Shown: positions 46,385 to 56,381, counted from the first letter of the stretch. The stretch: DNA of 64,000 nucleotides from Bacteroidota bacterium (GCA_049589195.1 JBAWAH010000042.1:2354-66353), one strand, 5' to 3'. The notes: generated by a model not told the origin, from the letters alone. Program-made: numbers and translations.

Positions 46385-47170
46385 TTATCCTTGTGCAAGG
46401 ATGGGAAAAAGGTCTCCGTGGAATTCTTCTCCTTCGCTAAGGTTTGCACGGTCACCGACAATGTGAGGGACTTTCGTATACGTGATCCCGGCAGGCATAT
46501 AGATAGTCACCATTGCCCGACGAGGCCAGTCGGTCTTGTTTGGACCCGCATAATGGAACGTGAGACCATTGTGAAACGTGCAGCTTCCTGCCTTCAAGGG
46601 AACGGGAACAGACTCGAATTTCTGCTTCTCAGCGGCTGGAGCAAGCTTGAAAAGGTCTTGTGGGTTGATCAGGTCGATGGCATCTAACCTGCCAAGTTTG
46701 TGAGAGCCAGGGATAAAGTGCATGCAGCCGTTCTCCACAGTCACGTCATCGAGAGCCATCCAGCACGAAAGTGCGGTGGCTTGCTTCATCGGCCAATAGG
46801 GAAGATCTTGATGCCAAGCAGTTGCAGAACTGTCATGAGGTCGCTTGATGAGAGCGTGATCATGCCAGAGCCGCACATGCTGAGACCGAGAGAGTCTGCG
46901 AGCAATCTCTGCGACTCGCCTGTTGAAGACGTATTCCTTAACCTGCGGATAGAATTCCCACAAGTTCACCATCTGAAGGAATACTTTCTCGTAGTTTGCA
47001 TCCTGCAATGGTCGCGCAGCTTTGTCTCTACGCTTCCTATCCTGCACGGCTAGCTCAAGCACCTTCCGCAATTCCTCAACTTGGTCGAGTGCGAGAACGT
47101 TATCCAATTTCACATAACCGCTCGCTTCATAAAACTGAGTCTGTTCTTCTGTTAAGGGGTACTCAGACAT
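46385..47170 (-). CDS. Phytanoyl-CoA dioxygenase (PhyH) family protein, a paralog of the neighbour.
   Basis: The motifs are RLWHDHALIKRP...AWHQDLPYWPM...IPGSHKLG...FHNGLTFHYAGPNKTD. Confidence 0.6.
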   Translation of the reverse strand: MSEYPLTEEQTQFYEASGYVKLDNVLALDQVEELRKVLELAVQDRKRRDKAARPLQDANYEKVFLQMVNLWEFYPQVKEYVFNRRVAEIARRLSRSQHVRLWHDHALIKRPHDSSATAWHQDLPYWPMKQATALSCWMALDDVTVENGCMHFIPGSHKLGRLDAIDLINPQDLFKLAPAAEKQKFESVPVPLKAGSCTFHNGLTFHYAGPNKTDWPRRAMVTIYMPAGITYTKVPHIVGDRANLSEGEEFHGDLFPILAQG

Positions 47171-47355
47171 TCATTTCCTCCAGTGTTTGGCGAAAGAGTG
47201 CGATAGTCAAGTCCATAAGCGATGGATCTACCAAAGAGACGGTCTGCAAAGTCGTTGACTTTTCACCAGTTTTTAATTAGCTTAAATTTACCAATTTTGA
47301 GAATCAAGAGCAAGGGTTCTTTCCCTAATCATTTTCAATTTCATTAAGGAAATTT

Positions 47356-48336
47356 ATGAACCTCGTCGCCGCAAATGCTGGAAGTTACCCACGGATCGGT
47401 GACACTCCCGACAAGCAAGTGCTTCGCAGAACGATAACGCAGTGGGAAAAAGGAGAGAAGTCCGATGGAGAACTTGACGCTGCCGAAAAAGAGATGATGA
47501 GAATGGCAGTCTCCGAACAGGTGGAGGCAGGTATCGACCTCGTCACCGACGGCCAGATAAGGTGGTATGATCCGCTTTCGCACATTGCCGGGAAGCTTGA
47601 AGGTGTAAAGATCAATGGATTGCTACGTTTCTTTGACACGAACTTCTACTACCGCCAGCCGGTTGTGAGCGGTGTGATTAAACACAAGAAGTCCATTCTT
47701 CTCGATGACTATCGCTTTGCTCAGTCCATCTCTTCCAAACCTGTGAAGCCTGTCATCACGGGCCCGTACACGCTGGCGAAGCTATCGATCGTGGAGAGCG
47801 GACGATACAGGTCATTTGACAAACTAGTCGAAGACTACGCTGTTGCAGTCGCCGAGGAGGTGAAAGCGTTAGCGAGCGGTGGCGCTGCAATCATTCAGAT
47901 AGACGAACCGGCCATCCTGAAGAATGAGGAAGATTCGAATCTTTTCTTGTCGGCTTTAAGAGTGTTGGTCAATGTCAAAGGCAAGGCGCAGCTTGCGCTT
48001 TACACGTACTTCGGAGATGCAACATGGCTTTACAGGACATTGCAGGAGTCACCCGCAGACATTGTCGGAATTGACTTCACTTACAACCAAAAGCTTGCAT
48101 CAATGATCGCTCGTGATGGCTCCAAGAAGTCTCTAGCGCTTGGGCTGATTGACGGACGGAATACAAAAATGGATGGCGAGAAGGAAGTTCGGCGGGACCT
48201 CGACCTTCTTCTTCCCGCGATCAAAGGAGGAAGTTGTTATCTCAATCCATCCTGTGGACTTGAGTATCTGCCAAGAGACCGCGCCTTCGCGAAGCTGAAG
48301 AACATGGCGAAGATCGCATCCAACTACAAATCATAG
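47356..48336 (+). CDS. MetE N-terminal-like (UROD/MetE-like) domain protein.
   Basis: The motifs are NAGSYPRIGD..., ...GAAIIQIDEPAILKNE... and NPSCGLEYLPRD. The His-x-Cys zinc motif is absent. It resembles the non-catalytic N-terminal barrel of cobalamin-independent methionine synthase. Confidence 0.5.
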   Translation: MNLVAANAGSYPRIGDTPDKQVLRRTITQWEKGEKSDGELDAAEKEMMRMAVSEQVEAGIDLVTDGQIRWYDPLSHIAGKLEGVKINGLLRFFDTNFYYRQPVVSGVIKHKKSILLDDYRFAQSISSKPVKPVITGPYTLAKLSIVESGRYRSFDKLVEDYAVAVAEEVKALASGGAAIIQIDEPAILKNEEDSNLFLSALRVLVNVKGKAQLALYTYFGDATWLYRTLQESPADIVGIDFTYNQKLASMIARDGSKKSLALGLIDGRNTKMDGEKEVRRDLDLLLPAIKGGSCYLNPSCGLEYLPRDRAFAKLKNMAKIASNYKS

Positions 48337-48348
48337 GCAACAATAGGA

Positions 48349-49347
48349 GTGTGCATGAGTAGAAAGAAGCTGGAGCAGCTCGGACTCAGCCTTCCCTTAT
48401 TCCCGACAACGACTGTGGGGAGCTTTCCGAAGCCCGAGTATCTTTCCCAGGCACGGGCGAAGTTTGCCAAGGGAGCGATGAGCTCGAATGAGCTGGAGAG
48501 TCTTGAAAAGAAGGCAGTCGAGTTCTGGATCAGGACCCAAGAAGAAATAGGTGTCGATGTCCTCGTCGATGGAGAACAGTATCGCGGAGACATGGTTGCC
48601 TACTTTGCAGAAATCATGCCGGGATTTGAAATCGGAGGCCTGGTTCGCTCGTACGGGAACCGATATTATCACAAACCGATCATCACGGGTGAAGTAAAAT
48701 GGCCGGGACCGATCACGGTTGACTGGTGGAAGTTTGCCCAAAGCCTCACGGAAAAGCCCGTCAAGGGGATGCTTACCGGACCCTACACGGTGATGGACTG
48801 GTCATTCAATGAGTATTATCCCGACCGGAATTCTGCGACGATGGCTTTGGCGAAGGAGATCCGGAAAGAGGTGGAATCGCTGGCTGACGCTGGGGCGAAA
48901 ATCATCCAGATTGACGAACCTGCGACATCAGTTCGGCCGGAGGAGTTGCCCATCATGATTGAGGCGATGCAAATCGTCACCGAAGGAATTCCAGCGTATT
49001 TCATCACACACATGTGCTATGGTGCGTTTGAACTTATTTATCCGGATCTGCTGAAGAGCCCTGTCGACAACTTCGACCTAGCTATCTCGAATAGCGAGCT
49101 TGATCTCATCAAGATATTCGAAAAGCATCCCTTCACGCGTGACATCAGCGTCGGTGTCGTCGATGTGCACTCTCATGTGATTGAGGAGTTGGAGACAGTC
49201 AAGGGTCGGATCCATAGAGCTCTATCTGTCTTTCCTCGTGAGTCAGCGTGGATTGATCCTGACTGCGGCTTGAAGACGAGGACAGTCGATGAAGCCATCG
49301 CCAAGATGAAGGTGATGGTAGAGGCCGCGAGGAGTTTCAGGAATTAA
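48349..49347 (+). CDS. Cobalamin-independent methionine synthase catalytic-domain protein (MetE C-terminal-like, core-MetE).
   Basis: The motifs are TTTVGSFPKP, KIIQIDEPA, and ITHMCYG (His-x-Cys). DPDCGLKTR supplies the Cys ligand. This is a full set of MetE zinc/homocysteine ligand motifs. Confidence 0.65.
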   Translation: MCMSRKKLEQLGLSLPLFPTTTVGSFPKPEYLSQARAKFAKGAMSSNELESLEKKAVEFWIRTQEEIGVDVLVDGEQYRGDMVAYFAEIMPGFEIGGLVRSYGNRYYHKPIITGEVKWPGPITVDWWKFAQSLTEKPVKGMLTGPYTVMDWSFNEYYPDRNSATMALAKEIRKEVESLADAGAKIIQIDEPATSVRPEELPIMIEAMQIVTEGIPAYFITHMCYGAFELIYPDLLKSPVDNFDLAISNSELDLIKIFEKHPFTRDISVGVVDVHSHVIEELETVKGRIHRALSVFPRESAWIDPDCGLKTRTVDEAIAKMKVMVEAARSFRN

Positions 49348-49528
49348 TCAGCGCCAGTGCTTTTGATTTGCACTTGTTGGAGTCGCTTCACAGAGGAATC
49401 ACCAAGACGGGGAGCGAACGCGTGCTCTCAAAAAAGAGAACGGCCTCCTTCTGGGTCAAGAATCTATTTGACAGAGAAGATGGATTTTCATATATTGATG
49501 CGCCACAACGATATGGAGAAAACCCTGT

Positions 49529-49873
49529 ATGTCAACTTACATCACTGAGGAGTGTATCAACTGTGGAGCGTGTGAGCCCGAGTGCCCGAATACGGCAATC
49601 TATGCAGGAGGGGCTCAATGGGAGCTTAATGGCGCCATGCACGATCCCATCTCCAACGATTTCTACTACATTGTTCCAGACAAGTGCACCGAGTGTGTGG
49701 GTCATTTTGAACGGGAACAGTGCGCCGCGGTTTGTCCGGTCGATTGCTGCGTTCCGAACCCCAATCACGTAGAAACCGAAGAGCAACTATTCGAAAAAGC
49801 AAAGGTGCTTCACCCCGAGAAGCAGTTCACACCTCTGAGCCCAGAGACCTCTCATTTCCAAAAGGTCGCGTAA
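49529..49873 (+). CDS. 2x[4Fe-4S] ferredoxin (YfhL-like).
   Basis: Two Cys clusters are present: CINCGACEPECP and CTECVGHFEREQCAAVCP. Confidence 0.8.
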   Translation: MSTYITEECINCGACEPECPNTAIYAGGAQWELNGAMHDPISNDFYYIVPDKCTECVGHFEREQCAAVCPVDCCVPNPNHVETEEQLFEKAKVLHPEKQFTPLSPETSHFQKVA

Positions 49874-49998
49874 GAGGCGCGCGCACTTCTCCAACAACTC
49901 TTGCCGAGGTCGGTCATCTTTCTCAGCGTACTGAAAGAAGCCGACCTCTTTTGTTACTGCGAACGAGAACTGAGCATGAACTTTAGAGCGAACAGACG

Positions 49999-50844
49999 AT
50001 GACCGTCGGACCTTATGAGGTGAATACGCTGGAAACAGGGCGTTTTGCGCTCGACGGTGGCGCTATGTTCGGGATTGTTCCAAAGCCGATCTGGAGCAAG
50101 TTCCATCCCGCGGATGAAAGGAACAGGATCGAACTTGCCATGCGGGTTCTCTTGATTCGAGATGGGAAGAGGAATATTCTCGTTGATGTGGGGATTGGAA
50201 CGAAGCTTCCCCCGAAGCTTGTTGACATCTATCGAGTGGAACTTGAAAAGTCGAGTCTGGAATCTTCGCTTCGGAGATTCAACTTGCACCCGAGTGACAT
50301 CACCGATGTGATTCTCACTCATCTCCACTTCGATCATGCTGGTGGGGCAACAGAAAGACGAGGCGGTGCTATCATTCCGACGTTTCCTGAGGCGACGCAT
50401 TATGTCCAGAAAGCTCATTGGCAGCTTGCGATGAACCCGACGGTCAAGGACCGTGGGAGTTTCATGAAAGATGATTATGTGCCAATTCATGATGCTGGAA
50501 GATTAGAGCTTCTCGACGGCGAGTCTGAAATATTCCCGGGAATCGACCTCGTCATCGTCAATGGCCACACAGACGCACAGCAGCTCGTCCGGATCGCGGG
50601 GAATGAAAAAACTCTTCTGTACTGCTGCGATCTCGTGCCGACCGTCGGACATCTTCCATACCCGTACGTCATGGCCTACGACTTGAGGCCTCTGGTCACA
50701 ATCGAGGAGAAGAAAAGGATCCTCGGCCAATCTTACGAGGAGAAGACCATCTTGATTTTTGAACATGACCCTTTCGTAGAGGCCGCCACGATCAAATCGG
50801 GAGAGAAGGGATTTGTGATCGACGAAAAGGTTGCCTTTCGCTGA
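49999..50844 (+). CDS. MBL-fold metallo-hydrolase.
   Basis: The HxHxDH motif reads VILTHLHFDHAGG. Downstream His/Asp ligands are present (...VNGHTDAQQ...CCDL...). Confidence 0.75.
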   Translation: MTVGPYEVNTLETGRFALDGGAMFGIVPKPIWSKFHPADERNRIELAMRVLLIRDGKRNILVDVGIGTKLPPKLVDIYRVELEKSSLESSLRRFNLHPSDITDVILTHLHFDHAGGATERRGGAIIPTFPEATHYVQKAHWQLAMNPTVKDRGSFMKDDYVPIHDAGRLELLDGESEIFPGIDLVIVNGHTDAQQLVRIAGNEKTLLYCCDLVPTVGHLPYPYVMAYDLRPLVTIEEKKRILGQSYEEKTILIFEHDPFVEAATIKSGEKGFVIDEKVAFR

Positions 50845-50902
50845 ATCAGATATGCAGACGTTGTTGTGTCGGATGAGACATTCTACGGCTTAACCCTTCA
50901 CC

Positions 50903-51853
50903 ATGCGGACTCTAACGGATAGGATAAAAGCAAGGGCGATGGAGCTCGGGTTCAGCAAGGTCGGAATCACTCGGGCCGTCGTATTGGAGGAGGAAGGTAA
51001 GCTGCTTCGTGAGTGGTTGTCGCGAGGGTATCAAGGCACGATGGGGTGGATGGGAAGAAAAGTTGAGAAGAGGATCGACGTCAGGAAAGTCGTTCCGGAT
51101 GCGCAGTCGGTGGTGGTCGTTGCAATGAACTATTACACCGAGGCAGTTCATTCAGATGACCCGGACGATGGGAAGATCTCACGGTACGCCTGGGGGGACG
51201 ACTATCACGACGTAATGATTCCTCGCTTGGGAAAACTCCTCGAGTATATCCAGTGCGAAGCTCCCAGTGCTAAGGGAAAAGTGTATGTAGACACTGGGCC
51301 GGTAATGGACAAAGTTTGGGCTGTGCGAGCTGGGATCGGGTGGGAAGGAAAGCATACAAACGTCATCTCGAGAGATTTCGGCTCTTGGATCTTCCTCGGC
51401 GAGATCATTCTTGACATCGGCCTGGAATATGATGAGCTGTCAGCAGACTACTGCGGCACATGCACGCGATGCATCGATGCGTGTCCAACGAACGCAATAG
51501 TAGAGCCATACGTTGTTGATTCGAATCTCTGTATCTCTTACCTGACAATAGAACACAAGGGAGAAATCCCGGAAGTAGTCTCTTCTCAATTCGGAAACTG
51601 GATTTACGGCTGTGACATCTGTCAGGATGTCTGTCCGTGGAATCAAAGATTCTCAAAGCCGACTCAGGAAGCGGCGTTCTCACCGAGGGCCGGCCTTCTC
51701 AAGCCAAGCCTCACCGACCTTGCTTCAATGAGTGAAGAGGAGTTTCGTGAGAAAACTCAAGGGAGCCCTGTGAAGCGCACAAAGCACTCCGGGCTGATGA
51801 GAAACGTCAAGGCCGTCTTAAAGAATAGGGAACTTGTTCCAGAAAGAAGCTGA
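50903..51853 (+). CDS. queG: tRNA epoxyqueuosine(34) reductase QueG (B12- and 4Fe-4S-dependent).
   Basis: Two ferredoxin-like clusters are present: [16 protein letters not shown] and [12 protein letters not shown] QueG N-terminal cobalamin-binding region is present. The length and block order match QueG. Confidence 0.8.
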   Translation: MRTLTDRIKARAMELGFSKVGITRAVVLEEEGKLLREWLSRGYQGTMGWMGRKVEKRIDVRKVVPDAQSVVVVAMNYYTEAVHSDDPDDGKISRYAWGDDYHDVMIPRLGKLLEYIQCEAPSAKGKVYVDTGPVMDKVWAVRAGIGWEGKHTNVISRDFGSWIFLGEIILDIGLEYDELSADYCGTCTRCIDACPTNAIVEPYVVDSNLCISYLTIEHKGEIPEVVSSQFGNWIYGCDICQDVCPWNQRFSKPTQEAAFSPRAGLLKPSLTDLASMSEEEFREKTQGSPVKRTKHSGLMRNVKAVLKNRELVPERS

Positions 51854-51860
51854 AGAAACA

Positions 51861-52808
51861 ATGACAGACAATCATCACAAAATCATTATTATTGGATCGG
51901 GGGCCGCGGGTCTGACGGCAGCTATCTATGCCGGGCGCGCGAACCTCAAGCCGATCGTCTTCGAGGGTAATCAACCGGGTGGTCAGCTTACGATCACCAC
52001 CGAGGTGGAAAACTACCCGGGTTTTCCCCAGGGAGTTCTTGGGCCAGAGTTGATGGACCTCTTCAGGAAGCAGGCACAGCGGTTCGGGGCTGAATGTCTC
52101 TTCAAAGATGTGATGCGAGTTGATTTCTCCTCTCGTCCCTTCAAGGTCTACTCAGAGGAGACTTTCTATGATGGAGACGCGGTCATTATCGCCACGGGTG
52201 CGACGGCAAAGCTCCTTGGCTTGGAATCGGAACAGGAATACTTGGGATATGGTGTGTCTGCATGTGCGACATGCGATGGCTTTTTCTTCAAGAATCAAGA
52301 AGTCCTTGTTGTGGGAGGAGGTGACACGGCGATGGAGGAATCAACGTACTTGACGAAGTTTGCGTCGAAGGTGACAGTTGTGCATCGCCGAGACCAGCTT
52401 CGCGCCTCGAAGATTATGCAGGAGCGAGCAATCAAGAATCCCAAAATCAATCTTGTCTGGGATTCTGTTGTCGAGGAAATTCTTGGAGAGCGGAAAAACG
52501 GAAAGAAGTTCGTCACGGGGGCACGCTTGAAGAACTTGAAGACAAATCGGTCAGAGGTACTCAGATGCGATGGGGTCTTTCTCGCGATAGGTCATCAGCC
52601 AAACACTTCAATCTTCCGAGGGCAGGTTGAATTAGACGAGCGAGGATATATCATCACAAAGCCTCATTCGACAGCCACGAATATCCCGGGGGTCTTCGCT
52701 GCAGGGGACGTCCAGGATTCGGTGTACAGGCAGGCCATCTCAGCCGCGGGCTCAGGATGCATGGCGGCAATTGATGCTGAGAGATTCCTCGAATCTCAGG
52801 GTCACTGA
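51861..52808 (+). CDS. trxB: Thioredoxin-disulfide reductase.
   Basis: The FAD site reads [22 protein letters not shown]. The redox-active site is CATCDG. The NADPH site reads [13 protein letters not shown]. The start is the ATG at 51861. Confidence 0.9.
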   Translation: MTDNHHKIIIIGSGAAGLTAAIYAGRANLKPIVFEGNQPGGQLTITTEVENYPGFPQGVLGPELMDLFRKQAQRFGAECLFKDVMRVDFSSRPFKVYSEETFYDGDAVIIATGATAKLLGLESEQEYLGYGVSACATCDGFFFKNQEVLVVGGGDTAMEESTYLTKFASKVTVVHRRDQLRASKIMQERAIKNPKINLVWDSVVEEILGERKNGKKFVTGARLKNLKTNRSEVLRCDGVFLAIGHQPNTSIFRGQVELDERGYIITKPHSTATNIPGVFAAGDVQDSVYRQAISAAGSGCMAAIDAERFLESQGH

Positions 52809-52989
52809 GTTGTTGTTGCTATGCCGTCCACTTGACTTCAAACTCTTGAGTTGCAAGGCAACGGTCTTCGATTGACTCCCTTTCTATTGAAGGGAATCCT
52901 CTTGTGTAGCAATCACCGCCTTCATTGTGGAACTCATCGGGATCTCCTCCCGTAACGCACCAGGGTGGGCTTTTTCTGTCTGAATTAGG

Positions 52990-53030
52990 TTGACTTTTGG
53001 TTTTCTATTTCGTACAATACATTCAAATTT
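52990..53030 (+). promoter_or_regulatory. Putative sigma70 promoter of sppA.
   Basis: ATTAGGTTGACTTTTGG, a 17-nt spacer, then TACAAT lies ~30 nt upstream of the sppA start. It shares ATTAGGTTGACTTTT with the nuoA promoter. Confidence 0.35.
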
Positions 53031-53061
53031 AAGGGGTTAGAACCTTTCAATCTCCTTCTGT

Positions 53062-53970
53062 ATGACCAAAGCCTCAAAATGGGTGCTTGGTATCCTTGCC
53101 GGTCTTGCCGTTCTGTCTTTCCTCGCCATCGGGTTCGGTGTTCTCCTCTACATTGGCGCCACCAGTGACGACGGTTCAGTCTCAAGCTTTGGAGAGAAGA
53201 TCGCAGTCATTGAGCTAAAAGGTGCGATCAATAGCTCCGACCAAGTCGTTTATCAACTCAAGAAACATCGAGAGAATCGGTCAATCAAGGCCATCGTGCT
53301 GCGTGTGGACTCTCCAGGGGGCGCTGTTGTCCCGAGCCAAGAGATTTATGAGGAGGTGAGGAAAACACGCGATGCGGGAAAGCCCATCATTGTTTCGATG
53401 GGGTCACTCGCTGCCAGCGGGGGATATTACGTCTCCTGTGGAGCGACGAAGATTGTCGCCAACCGAGGCACACTGACTGGGAGCATCGGAGTCATTTCTC
53501 AATTCATCCAAATCGAGCAATTGCTGGACAAAATCGGGATCGGGTCGGCGACGGTGAAGTCGGGGAAGCTGAAGGATTCAGGATCCCCGTTTCGGAAGTT
53601 TACCGAAGAGGACAGGAAATACTGGGAAGTCCTGATTAAGGACACGTATAACCAATTCGTGACTGTCGTCGAGCGTGAACGTCACATACCGCACAAGACC
53701 CTTCTGGGCATTGCAGATGGGCGGGTCTTCAGCGGCGAGCAAGCGCTCGAGGCTGGTCTCGTTGACACGCTGGGTACTTATGAGGATGCTGTTCGGATTG
53801 CCGCCGACATGGTCGGAATCCGTGGTGAACCGGTGGTGGTGAAGATCAAAGATCGTCGGCCTTTTGGAATATTCGATCTTCTCTTCAAGAGTGCTCGGGA
53901 AAACCTGCTCGAAGCCAAAAGTGAATTGCTGGATCGAGACATCCTACAGTACAAGTTACCATATCCGTAA
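53062..53970 (+). CDS. sppA: Signal peptide peptidase SppA (36K type, ClpP/crotonase fold).
   Basis: It has a TM anchor. The block IKAIVLRVDSPGGAVVPSQEIYEEVRK...VSMGSLAASGGYYVSC... contains the catalytic Ser. Confidence 0.85.
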   Translation: MTKASKWVLGILAGLAVLSFLAIGFGVLLYIGATSDDGSVSSFGEKIAVIELKGAINSSDQVVYQLKKHRENRSIKAIVLRVDSPGGAVVPSQEIYEEVRKTRDAGKPIIVSMGSLAASGGYYVSCGATKIVANRGTLTGSIGVISQFIQIEQLLDKIGIGSATVKSGKLKDSGSPFRKFTEEDRKYWEVLIKDTYNQFVTVVERERHIPHKTLLGIADGRVFSGEQALEAGLVDTLGTYEDAVRIAADMVGIRGEPVVVKIKDRRPFGIFDLLFKSARENLLEAKSELLDRDILQYKLPYP

Positions 53971-53994
53971 TCTCAATGGGAGGAGGGGACTCTC

Positions 53995-54303
53995 TTGACA
54001 AAAGCTGATATTGTTGATGTCATCGCATCTGCGACGGGGTTGACGAAGGTTGAGACTGAAGCTGTTGTCGACGGCTTTATCTCGACAGTCATCAACTCTT
54101 TGAAGGAGGGCAAGAACATCGAGATCCGGGGTTTCGGGAGTTTCAAGGTGAAGAAGCGCCGGGGGAGGATGGCGCGAAATCCCCGGACTGGAGAACAAGT
54201 GCGGGTGGAGGAGCATTATGTTCCCCTCTTCAAGGTATCGAAGGAACTCAAGGCGCTCGTGAATGAGAACCTTTCCAAGATGCCGACTCCACCGGCAACG
54301 TGA
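53995..54303 (+). CDS. DNA-binding protein HU/IHF family.
   Basis: The translation is MTKADIVDVIASATGLTKVETEAVVDGFISTVINSLKEGKNIEIRGFGSFKVKKRRGRMARNPRTGEQVRVEEHYVPLFKVSKELK. Confidence 0.85.
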   Translation: MTKADIVDVIASATGLTKVETEAVVDGFISTVINSLKEGKNIEIRGFGSFKVKKRRGRMARNPRTGEQVRVEEHYVPLFKVSKELKALVNENLSKMPTPPAT

Positions 54304-54332
54304 GACCTCGTTTTGATGCGTGTTGACCCGAT

Positions 54333-55217
54333 ATGATTCCCAAGCTACTCTGCAGTTCCTGCGGCAACGAGCTATCTCCTCAAGACAAGTTCTGTAGCAA
54401 CTGCGGTGCAAGGGTGACTCTCGAAGGTGCGTCTGGGGAACAAAGAGCCCCAGCCACAGACAACTGCAGACTCTGCGGTTCGGAAAACCCCATAGGCACG
54501 AGATACTGTTCTGTGTGTGGAGCTGTGCTCAGCGGTGGTGCGTCTGAACCGCGACCCCGAGAAGCACCGCGTGACGAGAAGAAATCTGACGAATCGAGGC
54601 GGCGAGGGATCACCGAACGGAAACCAGAGAAGCGGAGGATCCAAGCTGGCAGAGCTTTGTCTCAGGGCAAGATCATCGCAGTTTTTGGGGGCTTGCTCAT
54701 AATCGGAGTGATCATTATCGGGATCACAAGAAATCAGACCAAGAATATGCCGGCGGGCTCGGCAACTCAGAATGCAGTTAGCCCCACGCTCATGCAAGAC
54801 ATCGAGCAGTTACGGAAGACAGTCGATGCAGATTCGACAAACACCGGGGCGATTCTGCGGCTTGCCAACTTGCTTCACGACGGGAAGTTCATGGACCAGG
54901 CAATCATTTATTACAGGAAGTATTTGGCTTTGAATGAAAAAGATCCGGATGCGAGAGTGGACCTTGGGATTTGTTACTTCGAGCATGGCGATAAAGACAA
55001 GGCGATTGCCGAGATGAAGAGAGCCCTCACATACTCTCCTAAACACCAATTGGCTCTTTTTAACTTGGGCATTGTGAATCTAAGCAGTGGTAATCTTGAG
55101 GAAGCGAGTGAGTGGTTTAGGAAGTGCATTGACGTGGCTCCGGGGACGGAAACCGCGCGGCGTGCTCAAGAGCTTATCAGCCAGCATACAGGGTCAAGTC
55201 CCCTCAAGCTGAATTGA
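54333..55217 (+). CDS. Zinc-ribbon plus TPR-repeat membrane protein.
   Basis: Two zinc ribbons are present: CSSCGNELSPQDKFCSNCGARV and CRLCGSENPIGTRYCSVCGAVL. A TM helix and TPR repeats follow (...AIIYYRKYLALNEKDPDARVDLGICYFEHGDKDKAIAEMKRAL...). Confidence 0.5.
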   Translation: MIPKLLCSSCGNELSPQDKFCSNCGARVTLEGASGEQRAPATDNCRLCGSENPIGTRYCSVCGAVLSGGASEPRPREAPRDEKKSDESRRRGITERKPEKRRIQAGRALSQGKIIAVFGGLLIIGVIIIGITRNQTKNMPAGSATQNAVSPTLMQDIEQLRKTVDADSTNTGAILRLANLLHDGKFMDQAIIYYRKYLALNEKDPDARVDLGICYFEHGDKDKAIAEMKRALTYSPKHQLALFNLGIVNLSSGNLEEASEWFRKCIDVAPGTETARRAQELISQHTGSSPLKLN

Positions 55218-55276
55218 CGGCTTTGTAAGAATCGTGCGAGAGCGGTTTTCCTGTACAATCTCTAGGGAGGAACAAG

Positions 55277-55372
55277 ATGCCTAGTGGAAAAAAGAGGAAG
55301 CGCCACAAAATGGCGACTCACAAGCGGAAGAAACGCTTAAGAAAGATGCGGCATAAAAAGAAAATTCGGTAA
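55277..55372 (+). CDS. 31-aa highly basic peptide, bS22-like (AURKAIP1/COX24-type) putative ribosome-associated protein. It is below the ORF-track cutoff.
   Basis: The translation is MPSGKKRKRHKMATHKRKKRLRKMRHKKKIR. GGGAGG sits 7 nt upstream of the ATG. It resembles the mycobacterial/Bacteroidota bS22 pattern ...KKRRKRM.KKKHRK.L.R.R. Confidence 0.4.
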   Translation: MPSGKKRKRHKMATHKRKKRLRKMRHKKKIR

Positions 55373-55481
55373 GTAGTTCAAGATCGGTGGCGTCCCTTCC
55401 GTAGTTTGGAACTGGCAACTGCCCATCGTGATTTCCCAGTTTCTGATCGGTGGGCAGTCATGTTGTTGTGCATTTCTTTGA

Positions 55482-56381
55482 GTGAACTGGATGAAGCGAT
55501 ACAGACAGGTCTTTCTGCTCCAGCTTGTCTTGGTGCTTGTTGCTGTCTTTCTCTCCAGAACTGCATTTGGTTGGGGATTCTGGGCGCATAAAGAGATTAA
55601 CCGGCAAGCGATTCAATCGCTTCCTCCACCGCTGAAGGATTTCTTCTTGGCGAACGAGGAGTACGTCGTCGAGCATTCCACTGACCCGGATCAACGGAGA
55701 TTCACGGACAAGGATGAGCAGTTCTATCACTTCCTGGATATTGATCGGTACGGAAAGTACCCATTCTCTGAACTTCCTCACGATTACCAAGAAGCTGTGA
55801 AGCGGTTTGGCGCGGATTCTCTGAAGAAGAACGGTCTACTTCCTTGGCATATCGCAGAGGTGACGGATCGGCTTGCAGGGGCGATGAAGCTCGGGGACAA
55901 GGGAGAGATACTCCACTTGGCGGCTGATCTTGGTCATTATGTGTCAGATGCGCATGTACCCCTCCATGCGACTGAGAATTATGATGGGCAGCTATCGGGA
56001 CAGATTGGGGTTCACGCACGGTTTGAGTCTCGCCTTCCCGAGATGTATGGAAAGGAATATCACTTCTTCCATGATAGCGCGAAGGTGATAGAGAATCCCT
56101 TGGAGAAGGCGTTCCAGATCGTCTTTTTGAGCTGCGTGATGGCTGATTCTGTTTTAAAGGCGGATGCAAGTGCGAAAGAGGATTTGAAAGGTCAAGAAAT
56201 CTACACCGTCGTGAAGAAGGATGGGAAGAAAGAGTATAAGTACAGCGACGCATATTACGAAAAGTTCAACGAGCATCTCCATGGTCTTGTTGAAAGAAGA
56301 ATCCAGGACGCTATCTTGGCGGTCGCGGATTATTGGCTCACGGCATGGGTGAAAGCAGGGAAGCCAGACCTCCCGACATAA
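55482..56381 (+). CDS. S1/P1-nuclease / zinc-dependent phospholipase C superfamily protein, secreted.
   Basis: A signal peptide is followed by WGFWAHKEI, a W-G-x-x-(G/A)-H start. The block HYVSDAHVPLHATENYDG resembles the H(F/Y)xGDxHQPxH zinc site. Confidence 0.4.
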   Translation: MNWMKRYRQVFLLQLVLVLVAVFLSRTAFGWGFWAHKEINRQAIQSLPPPLKDFFLANEEYVVEHSTDPDQRRFTDKDEQFYHFLDIDRYGKYPFSELPHDYQEAVKRFGADSLKKNGLLPWHIAEVTDRLAGAMKLGDKGEILHLAADLGHYVSDAHVPLHATENYDGQLSGQIGVHARFESRLPEMYGKEYHFFHDSAKVIENPLEKAFQIVFLSCVMADSVLKADASAKEDLKGQEIYTVVKKDGKKEYKYSDAYYEKFNEHLHGLVERRIQDAILAVADYWLTAWVKAGKPDLPT

